Positions 1 through 7,663 of a DNA stretch of 60,092 nucleotides are shown here, piece by piece. Made by a program: the position numbers and the translations under genes. Within the stretch, counting starts at the first letter, position 1. The number at the start of each line of letters is the position of its first letter. Source of the DNA: Verrucomicrobia bacterium UBA1629 (lineage in GTDB: Bacteria; Verrucomicrobiota; Kiritimatiellia; RFP12; UBA1067). The DNA lies in contig DCMF01000013.1 in NCBI GenBank assembly GCA_002321305.1, forward strand, positions 1 to 60,092, read 5' to 3'. The notes under the pieces are model-generated. The model made no database searches and was not told the origin of the DNA. It saw only the letters and a program-made list of their open reading frames with translations.

Positions 1-30
1 TTCGCGTGGGTGCGGTTCGCCGTGCGCGCG
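1..30. repeat. 30-bp direct repeat, left copy (one mismatch to 776..805)
   Basis: ttcgcgtgggtgcggttcgccgtgcgcgcg at 1..30 versus ttctcgtgggtgcggttcgccgtgcgcgcg at 776..805. Positions 6..30 and 781..805 are identical. Confidence 0.9.
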
Positions 31-65
31 TGGGAACATGTCGCGTTCATAATTTTATGACAGAT

Positions 66-515
66 ATGCGCGTCTATCTGGACAACTGCTGTTATAATCG
101 TCCGTTTGATCCTCAAACGGATTTGCGCATCTGTCTGGAGACGATGGCGAAGATGCGTATACAGGCACTGATGAGATCTGGCGAGTGGGAGTATGTTTGG
201 TCTGATATTCTCGTTCACGAAGTTGCGCAGAATCCATTTTTAGATCGGCGTGAAATTATTTTGGAATGGATGGATCGTGCGTCGGAATACGTTGAAATGA
301 CGGAAGAAGTCGTTGCACGCGGCATCGAAATACAGAGATATGGCATCAAGCCAAAGGATGCGCTCCACCTTGCGTCAGCAGAAAAGGCTGAATGTGATTT
401 GTTTTTCACGACAGACAAGGGAATCCTGAAGAAGTTGACGAGCATAGGCGATGTTCAAATAGCTAATCCGGCGACCTTTATGATTCAAGGAGGGGAAGAT
501 GATGACAATGAGTAG
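66..515 (+). CDS. PIN-domain protein, candidate type II toxin
   Basis: ORF 6..515. The sequence MRVYLDNCCYNRPFDPQ places an acidic residue near the N-terminus, and later acidic and FFTTD-type motifs fit a PIN fold. ATG 66 is preferred because PIN domains start just before the first conserved Asp. ATG 57 is also possible. Confidence 0.7.
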   Translation: MRVYLDNCCYNRPFDPQTDLRICLETMAKMRIQALMRSGEWEYVWSDILVHEVAQNPFLDRREIILEWMDRASEYVEMTEEVVARGIEIQRYGIKPKDALHLASAEKAECDLFFTTDKGILKKLTSIGDVQIANPATFMIQGGEDDDNE

Positions 516-738
516 CAACACGCCTTGCGATGTTGAATTAGGGTCTCGCTGCTTCTGCATCTTGGCACGAGAGGTCGGGCCTGTTGATGCGGAGCGGTTC
601 ATCGCTTATGTCAATCGCGAGCGAATGGACTACACGAAATGGCAGCAAACGCTTTTTGAAGGCCAGACCATTGAAGAGATTGCCGCTGATGCAAGGGCGA
701 CGGCGATGCGTGTGCGTCGCCAGAGGATCATGTCTTGA
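499..738 (+). CDS. small protein overlapping the PIN gene, candidate antitoxin or partner
   Basis: 79-aa ORF. An SD-like aaggagggg (487..495) precedes ATG 499, and the ORF overlaps the PIN gene by 17 nt. No recognisable DNA-binding motif. Confidence 0.45.
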   Translation: MMTMSSNTPCDVELGSRCFCILAREVGPVDAERFIAYVNRERMDYTKWQQTLFEGQTIEEIAADARATAMRVRRQRIMS

Positions 739-775
739 GGAGTGGAAATCTTTTTCGTTTCGAGAGACTTGTACT

Positions 776-805
776 TTCTCGTGGGTGCGGTTCGCCGTGC
801 GCGCG
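776..805. repeat. 30-bp direct repeat, right copy
   Basis: See 1..30. Lies just downstream of the PIN/partner cassette and upstream of the lipoprotein gene. Confidence 0.9.
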
Positions 806-829
806 AGGGGCAGAATAGAGGTGGCCATC

Positions 830-1324
830 ATGGGCAGGCGAGAAGAACTTTCGACATCAGCGAACTCACCCGTGCGCAAAGGCGTACTGACGAAGACGTG
901 CGCGCTTGCTTTGGCGGCCGCCGTGTCGATGGCGTGTGGCGGATGCTCCTCGTCACGGGGGACGACGGCCGATGGTCGCCGAATTGAGAACGTTTCTTTG
1001 CGGGCGATGGCGCACAACACGCGTTCGCCGGAAATCGGTAAGGTCTATGTCCACAAAGGAGGTCGAACCATGAGAGTGGTTCAGTCTTTGGAAAATGGTG
1101 TATTGGTGTGCCCTGTTGTTGGAGTGATGGAGCTTGAATGGAGAGGCTTGGCTGCGGTCAATGAAAAGATGACGATCTACATTGAGACGTCCAAAGACTA
1201 TGTAGACGGTGAATTCTTGAAAGCGGGCTTTTACGAATATGTCGGCCGCTACACTTACACGGCTGTGCATGACGTCCGAACAACCGTTCGCAGATTCCGT
1301 GAAGTCAATGCGGCGGAGGACTGA
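830..1324 (+). CDS. putative lipoprotein
   Basis: Internal ATG 830 of ORF 584..1324. The signal peptide ends in a lipobox-like LAAAVSMAC-GGC. The region upstream of 830 overlaps the TA cassette. Confidence 0.6.
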   Translation: MGRREELSTSANSPVRKGVLTKTCALALAAAVSMACGGCSSSRGTTADGRRIENVSLRAMAHNTRSPEIGKVYVHKGGRTMRVVQSLENGVLVCPVVGVMELEWRGLAAVNEKMTIYIETSKDYVDGEFLKAGFYEYVGRYTYTAVHDVRTTVRRFREVNAAED

Positions 1325-1393
1325 TAGCTTACATTTGGTCTCATAGTTTAGCGGTATCAATGATTGTCAGCCTTTCATAGGCATATATTCCGT

Positions 1394-3430
1394 ATGGACA
1401 GCATCTTTAAGCTCAAGGCGAAGTTCAAGCCGACGGGCGACCAGCCGGAGGCGATTCAGGCCCTCCTGGACGGGCTGAAGCGCGGCGACGACCGGCTCGT
1501 CCTGCGGGGCGTGACCGGGTCGGGCAAGACGTTCACGATGGCGAACCTGATCCAGCGGTGGAACCGTCCGACCCTCATCCTCTCGCACAACAAGACGCTC
1601 GCCGCCCAGCTCTTCGCCGAGCTGAAGGAGTTCTTTCCCGAAAACGCCGTCGAGTACTTCATCAGCTACTATGACTACTACCAGCCGGAGGCGTACATCC
1701 CGCAGACGGACACCTACATCGAGAAGGACGCCGCGATCAACGAGGAGATCGAGCGCTACCGCCTCGCCGCGACGAACGCCCTCATCGCTCGCAAGGACGT
1801 GATCGTCGTCTCGTCCGTGAGCTGCATCTACGGCCTCGGCGAGTCCGACGAGTACCGCGACCTCGCCGTGAGGATCACGGTCGGCGACGAATTCGAAGGA
1901 AAAGGGAAGAAGGAAGAAGGAAGAAGTGAGGTGGGTAGAAGCGGGCTGATCGCCCGCCTCGTCGAGGCGCAGTACGTGCGCAACGACTACGACTTCGCGC
2001 CGGGCGTCTTCCGCGTGCGCGGCGATGTCGTCGACATTTTCCCCGCCTACGAGACGAAGGCGCTGCGCGTCGAGTTCTTCGGCGACGAGGTGGACTCGAT
2101 CCGCGCGCTCGATCCGCTCACGGGCAAGTGCGGCGTGTCGATGCCGGCGGCGGTCGTCACGCCCGCGAAGCAGTTCGTGATGGGCAAGGACCGCTTCGAG
2201 GCGGCGTTCGCGCGCATCGAGGCGGAGCTCGCCGACCGGCTGAAGTTCTTCGCCTCGAAGGGCAAGCTGTTGGAGGCGCAGCGCCTCAAGGAGCGCACCG
2301 AGTACGACATCGAGATGATGCGCGAACTCGGCTACTGCAACGGCATCGAGAACTATTCGCGTCCCCTCACGGGGCGCGCGCCGGGGACGGCGGGCGAGTG
2401 CCTCATCGACTATTTCCCGGACGACTTCCTGACCATCATCGACGAGAGCCACGTCTCGGTGCCGCAGATCCGCGCGATGTACAACGGCGACCAGGCGCGC
2501 AAGTCGAAGCTCGTCGATTACGGCTTCCGCCTGCCGAGCGCGAAGGACAACCGTCCGCTCACGTTCGACGAGTTCAACGCGAAGGTCAGGCAGGTCGTCT
2601 ACTGCTCGGCGACACCGGGCGACTACGAGTATGCCGAGGCGCAGACGGTGGCGGAGCAGGTGATCCGTCCGACGGGGCTGCTCGACCCGGTCATCGAGCT
2701 GCGTCCGCTCAAGAACCAGGTGGACGACCTCATCGCCGAGATCGACCGCGTCGTGAAGGACGGCGACCGCGTGTTCGTGACGACGCTCACGAAGCGCTCG
2801 TCCGAAGACCTCACGCACTACCTGCACGAGGCGGGCATCCGCGTCGAGTACCTGCATTCGGACATCGACGCGATCGAGCGCGTCGCGATCCTCCAGCGCC
2901 TGCGCAAGGGCGAGTTCGACGTCCTCGTGGGCATCAACCTCCTGCGCGAAGGTCTGGACCTGCCGGAAGTCGCGCTCGTCGCGATCCTCGACGCGGACAA
3001 GGAGGGCTTCCTTCGCTCGACGACTTCGCTCGTGCAGACGGCGGGCCGCACGGCGCGCCACGAGAAGGGGCGCGTCATCCTCTACTGCGACCACAAGACG
3101 GACGCGATCCGCGAGCTGCTGCGCATCACGAAGGCGCACCGCGAGAAGCAGATCGCCTACAACACGGCGCACCACATCACGCCGCATTCCGTCAAGCGCG
3201 CCATCAACGAGTCGGCGTATGTGTTCAAGAGCGGAAAGGTGGAAGGGTGGAAAGGTGGAAAGGTTGAGGGGCGGAAAGGTGAAAAGGTGGAAGGTGAGGA
3301 GGAGAACGAGGAACTCCTCGAAGAGCTGACCCGCGACATGCTGCAGGCGGCGGACAACCTCGAATTCGAGCGTGCGGCCTACCTGCGCGACCAAATTGCC
3401 GAACTGAAAAAAGGACGATCCCATGCGTGA
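1394..3430 (+). CDS. uvrB: excinuclease ABC subunit B
   Basis: Walker A GVTGSGKTFTMAN, YYDYYQPEAY, DESH, helicase C-terminal motifs, and a C-terminal UVR domain (LEFERAAYLRDQIAELKK). ATG 1394 (MDSIFKL) is preferred over the ORF-track start at 1364. Confidence 0.95.
   Translation: MDSIFKLKAKFKPTGDQPEAIQALLDGLKRGDDRLVLRGVTGSGKTFTMANLIQRWNRPTLILSHNKTLAAQLFAELKEFFPENAVEYFISYYDYYQPEAYIPQTDTYIEKDAAINEEIERYRLAATNALIARKDVIVVSSVSCIYGLGESDEYRDLAVRITVGDEFEGKGKKEEGRSEVGRSGLIARLVEAQYVRNDYDFAPGVFRVRGDVVDIFPAYETKALRVEFFGDEVDSIRALDPLTGKCGVSMPAAVVTPAKQFVMGKDRFEAAFARIEAELADRLKFFASKGKLLEAQRLKERTEYDIEMMRELGYCNGIENYSRPLTGRAPGTAGECLIDYFPDDFLTIIDESHVSVPQIRAMYNGDQARKSKLVDYGFRLPSAKDNRPLTFDEFNAKVRQVVYCSATPGDYEYAEAQTVAEQVIRPTGLLDPVIELRPLKNQVDDLIAEIDRVVKDGDRVFVTTLTKRSSEDLTHYLHEAGIRVEYLHSDIDAIERVAILQRLRKGEFDVLVGINLLREGLDLPEVALVAILDADKEGFLRSTTSLVQTAGRTARHEKGRVILYCDHKTDAIRELLRITKAHREKQIAYNTAHHITPHSVKRAINESAYVFKSGKVEGWKGGKVEGRKGEKVEGEEENEELLEELTRDMLQAADNLEFERAAYLRDQIAELKKGRSHA
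1889..1945 (+). repeat. purine-rich GAAGG word stretch, in frame in uvrB
   Basis: gaattcgaaggaaaagggaagaaggaagaaggaagaagtgaggtgggtagaagcggg encodes EFEGKGKKEEGRSEVGRSG. It sits where UvrB normally has a short conserved segment and is AT-richer than its surroundings. Confidence 0.7.
3231..3312 (+). repeat. GGAAAGGT octamer-periodic array, in frame in the uvrB linker
   Basis: ggaaaggt ggaagggt ggaaaggt ggaaaggt tgaggggc ggaaaggt gaaaaggt ggaaggtgaggagg encodes KVEGWKGGKVEGRKGEKVEGEEE. Located between the helicase core and the UVR domain. Confidence 0.8.
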
Positions 3431-4559
3431 CATTGCCTTTAGCTGTGATGACAACGGCGCGAAATTCCTGCGCGTCACCGTCTGGTCGCTCCTGAACAGC
3501 TATCGCGGCACGGAGTCGCTTCGCATCAACGTCTTCGAGGGCCTTGGCGGACATTCGCCGGAAAGCAAGGCGAAGCTGCAGGCCGTCATCGATTCGTTCA
3601 ACGCAAAGGCTGTCCTCGGATCATCACGAATGGGCACGGAGGAAATCCGTGAAAATCCGTGCCCATCCGTGGCCAAGTTCTCCGTCCGCTACCACAATGT
3701 CGAGCCGTTCCTCGAACCGTACAGGGACCTGATCCTCAACCGCGCCGGGTCGCGGTGGAACGTCTTCACGTGGACGCCGATTTTCGCGCCGCAGATCCTG
3801 TCCGACGCGACGGGCAACATCGTCCACCTCGACATCGACATGTTGGTCAACGCCGACATTTCACCTCTTTTTGAGCTCAATCTCGACGATGGCGGCCGCG
3901 CATCTTCACGACTCGACACGAATCCAATCCGTGAAAATCCGTGTCAATCCGTGGATAAGCCCGGACCCTACCTCATCGCGGCCGTGGCCGAATACGGCAA
4001 AGGCGATCCCGTCATCACCGAGGCCGTGTGGGGCACGGGCATCCTGCCGCCGACGGTCACGCGCTACTTCAACACGGGGACGATCGTCTTCAACGCGGCG
4101 GCGTGCCGGGCGGAGCGGGCGTGGGAGAGGATTCTCGCCTGGTATCGCGACCACTACGACATCGCCGACCGCATCGAGCAGGACGCCTGGAACGCGCTCT
4201 ACCACGACCGCACGCTTCTCCTGCCGCTGAAGTGGAACTTCCACGACCGCCTGATCAAGAGCTATCCGAAGCGCGATCCGCGTCTGCCGCTCTGGCAGGG
4301 GAATCCGCCGTCCGAATGTCTCGACGCGGCGCTCCATCCCGCGATTCTCCATTTCTGGGGGCCGAAGAAGCCGTGGAAGCCGTGCCACCGTCCGTACCGC
4401 AAGCTGTATCACGCGGCGATGCGCGCGGTTGGCCAGACGCCGCCGAAGGACGGCGGACTCGCGTGGCTGCACGACTGGAAGCACGCGCGTGACTTGCGCC
4501 AGATTGCCAATCTCCAACGCCAGCTGGCTGAGATTTCGCAAAAGCCGTTTCGCAAATGA
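3423..4559 (+). CDS. glycosyltransferase family 8-like (LPS or glycan glycosyltransferase)
   Basis: HLDIDMLV (DxD), YFNTGTIVFN and ILHFWGPKKPW motifs. Start overlaps the uvrB stop. Confidence 0.8.
   Translation: MRDIAFSCDDNGAKFLRVTVWSLLNSYRGTESLRINVFEGLGGHSPESKAKLQAVIDSFNAKAVLGSSRMGTEEIRENPCPSVAKFSVRYHNVEPFLEPYRDLILNRAGSRWNVFTWTPIFAPQILSDATGNIVHLDIDMLVNADISPLFELNLDDGGRASSRLDTNPIRENPCQSVDKPGPYLIAAVAEYGKGDPVITEAVWGTGILPPTVTRYFNTGTIVFNAAACRAERAWERILAWYRDHYDIADRIEQDAWNALYHDRTLLLPLKWNFHDRLIKSYPKRDPRLPLWQGNPPSECLDAALHPAILHFWGPKKPWKPCHRPYRKLYHAAMRAVGQTPPKDGGLAWLHDWKHARDLRQIANLQRQLAEISQKPFRK
3627..3675 (+). repeat. ATCCGTG word array (10-nt phasing), in frame in the GT8 gene
   Basis: atccgtgaaa atccgtgccc atccgtggcc, preceded by gggcacgga, which can pair with tccgtgccc. 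Encodes EEIRENPCPSVA. Confidence 0.8.
3915..3957 (+). repeat. ATCCGTG word array, second in-frame copy in the GT8 gene
   Basis: atccgtgaaa atccgtgtca atccgtggat encodes NPIRENPCQSVD. Same orientation and same reading frame as 3627..3675. Confidence 0.8.
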
Positions 4560-4591
4560 CGTTTCGCAGATTGCGAAATTACGCGAGGATA

Positions 4592-4600
4592 TGGTATACT
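4592..4600 (+). promoter_or_regulatory. extended -10 promoter (TGgTATACT), leaderless spacing
   Basis: tggtatact ends 7 nt before ATG 4608. No SD is present. Confidence 0.6.
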
Positions 4601-4607
4601 ACTGTCC

Positions 4608-5726
4608 ATGAGAACTCGGAATCCATTTGTCACGCAGGGCTATGTCGATCGCGCGCATTTCTGTGACCGCGAGGCCGAGACGCGAGCCTTGCTGGGCGAC
4701 ATTGAGAACGGTCGCAACGTCACGTTGCTGGCGCCGCGACGTTATGGGAAGTCGGGTTTGATTCAGCATACGCTGCGTCTGCACGCGCGCGACTACGCCA
4801 TTGTCTATGCCGACTTGCTGGCGACGACGTGTTTGGACGACTTTATCCGGGTCTTTGCGAATGCCGTCGTGGGCGCACTGGATTCGCGCCTTGAAAAGGC
4901 GGCTTCGACGTTTGCCACCTTCTTCAAGAGGGTCCGTCCGACGCTGAAGACGGATGCAGAGGGCGACGTCAGCTTCTCGTTCGAGATGTCCGAGCCGTCT
5001 TCGACAGCGACTCTGGAACAGGTCTTCGACTATCTGGCGAAGAAGCGGGATCGTGAGATTGTCGTTGCGTTGGACGAATTTCAGCAGGTTGCGAACTATC
5101 CGGAGAAGGGGACGGAGGCGCTTTTGCGCAGTCGGATTCAGTTCCTGCCGCCGAACGTCCATTTCATCTTTGCCGGATCGCAGATGCACCTCATGAGCGA
5201 GATTTTCGCCTCGCCCAAGAGGCCGTTCTATCAGAGCACGACGTTTCTGTCCCTTGACGTGATTCCCGAGGGGAAGTACCGAGACTTCGCGGCGCGGTTT
5301 TTCAGGAATGACGGGCGCACGTTCGAGGCCGCTGCCTTCGCCAGCCTCTATCGGCGGTTCGATGGCATCACGTGGTACGTCCAGGCTGTCCTGAACGAAA
5401 TCTGGGCGACGGATGAGGGGCTGTCGTCTGCAGAACAGGTCGGGCGCGCCGTGTCGAACCTGGTGGCGCGGCGGTCTCTGACGTTTCATGACCTGGATGC
5501 AAGCCAGAGCGATTCGGCACGTGCGCTCCTGCGCGCGGTGGCACAAACGGGGTGCGTGTCTGCTCCGATGGCTTCGGACTTCATTGCAAGATGCGGATTG
5601 CGCGCGCCGTCCACTGTTTCCGGCGCGCTGAAGCGGCTTCTTGCCAATGAGCTGCTGTACAAGACGAAGGACGGCTATGTCGTGTATGACCGGCTGTTTG
5701 GCGAATATCTGAGGAACTGTCCGTGA
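4608..5726 (+). CDS. archaeal-type AAA ATPase (Arch_ATPase/DUF234-like)
   Basis: FCDREAE..., P-loop-like LLAPRRYGKSGL and Walker B-like VVALDEFQ. Overall similarity to the 58058..59515 product (FIGRTEQ..., GRRRIGKSRL, LLDEISW). Confidence 0.7.
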   Translation: MRTRNPFVTQGYVDRAHFCDREAETRALLGDIENGRNVTLLAPRRYGKSGLIQHTLRLHARDYAIVYADLLATTCLDDFIRVFANAVVGALDSRLEKAASTFATFFKRVRPTLKTDAEGDVSFSFEMSEPSSTATLEQVFDYLAKKRDREIVVALDEFQQVANYPEKGTEALLRSRIQFLPPNVHFIFAGSQMHLMSEIFASPKRPFYQSTTFLSLDVIPEGKYRDFAARFFRNDGRTFEAAAFASLYRRFDGITWYVQAVLNEIWATDEGLSSAEQVGRAVSNLVARRSLTFHDLDASQSDSARALLRAVAQTGCVSAPMASDFIARCGLRAPSTVSGALKRLLANELLYKTKDGYVVYDRLFGEYLRNCP

Positions 5727-5739
5727 GGGAGCGCAACGG

Positions 5740-6744
5740 ATGACGAAGGCGGAGAGAATGTGGAAACGGCGCTGCCGCAGGAAAAGGCTCAAGCACGCGC
5801 TTCAGGCGCCGTTCGAGTGGGTCGGCGTCGGACTGGGGCTTCTTGTCCTGACGCCGTTGCCGCATCGTGCGCTGTTCGCGCTCTGCGACTTCGCGGCATG
5901 GGTCATGTACGCGTTTGACTATCACGGCAAGCGGCGTGCGCTGGAGACGCTGCACGTCGTCCTCGGCAGATGCCGGGGCGCGGAGGGAACGCCGGCCTTC
6001 AAGACGGAAAAGGCCCCCTACGATCCGACGGTGCGGGAGGCGAAGATCATTCGCGGCTCCTACCGCAACATGGCGCGGACGGTCGGGCATGCCTTCTGGA
6101 CGTGTCACGGGGCGCTGAAGAAGGTGAAGGCGGTCGGCGTCATGGACGAGGCGGGGCGGGCGTTCCTGCGGGCGCACCGTCCGGCCGTCACGGTGTCGGG
6201 CCACATGGGCTGCTGGGAGATCCTGTCGCAGCTCGCGCTTCTGGAGGGCCACCGGATGATGTCCGTGGCCAAGCGCATCGGCACGCCCGGCATGACGCGG
6301 CTTCTCATGCGGGCGCGCGAGTCGATCGGACAGGAGATCGTGCCGGCGGACGGCGCGTTCCGTCCGCTGATGGCGGGCATCAAGGCGGGCAAGTCGTTGG
6401 GGCTGCTGGTCGATCAGACGGTCGCGCCCAACGAGGGCGGCGTGTGGATCAAGTTCTTCGGCCGTCCCCTGCCGGTCTCGGCCGCGCCGGCGTTCTTCGC
6501 GGCGAAGGCAAAGGCGCCGATTGTCGTCGCGTGGTCGCGTCCGCTGAAGGACGGCCGCTACCGCTGCGAAGTCCTCGACACGATTCCGCCCGACGCGGCG
6601 CGGGACATCCGCGCGACGACCCAGCGGTGCGCGACCGATCTGGAGCGTGTCATCCGCCGCCACCCGTCGAAATGGGTGCTGAACTACAACTATTTCCGCG
6701 AACCCGTCCCGGCGGACGTCGCGCGCCAGTTGGAGGCGAAATGA
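5740..6744 (+). CDS. lipid A biosynthesis-type (LpxL/HtrB family) lysophospholipid acyltransferase
   Basis: N-terminal TM segment, an HX4E-type motif (SGHMGCWE), and LVDQ...FFGRP...APAFFA typical of the family. Confidence 0.7.
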   Translation: MTKAERMWKRRCRRKRLKHALQAPFEWVGVGLGLLVLTPLPHRALFALCDFAAWVMYAFDYHGKRRALETLHVVLGRCRGAEGTPAFKTEKAPYDPTVREAKIIRGSYRNMARTVGHAFWTCHGALKKVKAVGVMDEAGRAFLRAHRPAVTVSGHMGCWEILSQLALLEGHRMMSVAKRIGTPGMTRLLMRARESIGQEIVPADGAFRPLMAGIKAGKSLGLLVDQTVAPNEGGVWIKFFGRPLPVSAAPAFFAAKAKAPIVVAWSRPLKDGRYRCEVLDTIPPDAARDIRATTQRCATDLERVIRRHPSKWVLNYNYFREPVPADVARQLEAK

Positions 6745-6855
6745 AAAGGCGTGATGGTTTTTGCGGAGGGAAGGCCATTTGTGACGATTTTTGTCGGCAC
6801 GTAATGAATTTTGCAGCGCAGGACCGAAATCTGGCAAGTTTTGCTCCGTCAGATA

Positions 6856-6864
6856 TGCTATAAT
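6856..6864 (+). promoter_or_regulatory. extended -10 promoter (TGcTATAAT), leaderless spacing
   Basis: tgctataat ends 6 nt before ATG 6871. Confidence 0.6.
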
Positions 6865-6870
6865 TCCCAC

Positions 6871-7656
6871 ATGGAAACACAACCCGTAAACGTCCTGACC
6901 CTCAAGTGGGGCACGCGCTATCCGGCGGAGTACGTGAACCGCATCTATCGCGGCGTCAAGGCGCATCTCCACCGTCCCTTCCGCTTCGTCTGCGTGACGG
7001 ACGACCCGGCGGGGCTTGTCGAGGGCGTGGAGGCCGTGCCGTTTCCGCCGCGTCCCAAGGGCGTCCGCATGCCCGGCAAGTATGCGGGCTGGCCGAACAT
7101 CTACGTCAAGCTGCTCGTCTTCGAGAAGGGGTTTGCGGGGCTGGTCGGGCCGACGCTTTTCCTGGACATCGACCAGATCGTCATGGGCGACCTCGACCGC
7201 TTCTTCGACTACAGGCCGGGCAAGTTCTGCATCATCCACAACTGGGTCGAATGGCGCAAGCGGATTTTCCGCAAGGTCCCGTTCTGCGGCAATTCGTCCT
7301 GTTTCCGCTTTGATGCGGGCGATGCGAGCGACTACATCTACCGCACGTTCCTCCGGGAGGGCGACATCGCGCTTGACCAGTCCCGCTTCAGCACCGAGCA
7401 GCAGTACATGACGCACGCCGTCGGGTTCGGGAACGTGAACTTCTGGCCGGACAGCTTCGTGCGGTCGTTCAAGCGCAGCTGCACGTGGCCCTGGCCGCTG
7501 AACCACTTCCTGACGCCGCGCCTCAGGCCGGGCGCCAGCATCCTCTGCTTCCACGGGAAGCCCGATCCGGACCAGGCGATCGCCGGCTTTCGCGGCCGCC
7601 ATCTCAACACGTGGACGCGTCCCTGCCCTTGGGTAAAGAAGCTCTGGGAGGCGTAA
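6871..7656 (+). CDS. putative GT-A-like glycosyltransferase (uncharacterised family)
   Basis: Internal ATG 6871 of ORF 6811..7656. LKWGTRYPAEYVNRIY N-terminus and LFLDIDQIV (DxD-like). Lies inside the glycan gene cluster. Confidence 0.5.
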   Translation: METQPVNVLTLKWGTRYPAEYVNRIYRGVKAHLHRPFRFVCVTDDPAGLVEGVEAVPFPPRPKGVRMPGKYAGWPNIYVKLLVFEKGFAGLVGPTLFLDIDQIVMGDLDRFFDYRPGKFCIIHNWVEWRKRIFRKVPFCGNSSCFRFDAGDASDYIYRTFLREGDIALDQSRFSTEQQYMTHAVGFGNVNFWPDSFVRSFKRSCTWPWPLNHFLTPRLRPGASILCFHGKPDPDQAIAGFRGRHLNTWTRPCPWVKKLWEA

Positions 7657-7663
7657 GGACGGC

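Noticed and set aside
584-829. Upstream part of ORF 584..1324 as coding sequence
   Set aside because: It overlaps the PIN partner gene and the 30-bp repeat. A signal peptide with a lipobox starts at ATG 830.
1367-3478. 703-aa ORF antisense to uvrB
   Set aside because: Arg/Leu/Val/Asp-rich low-information composition with no motifs. It exactly shadows a strongly supported uvrB ORF, the typical antisense open frame of GC-rich DNA.
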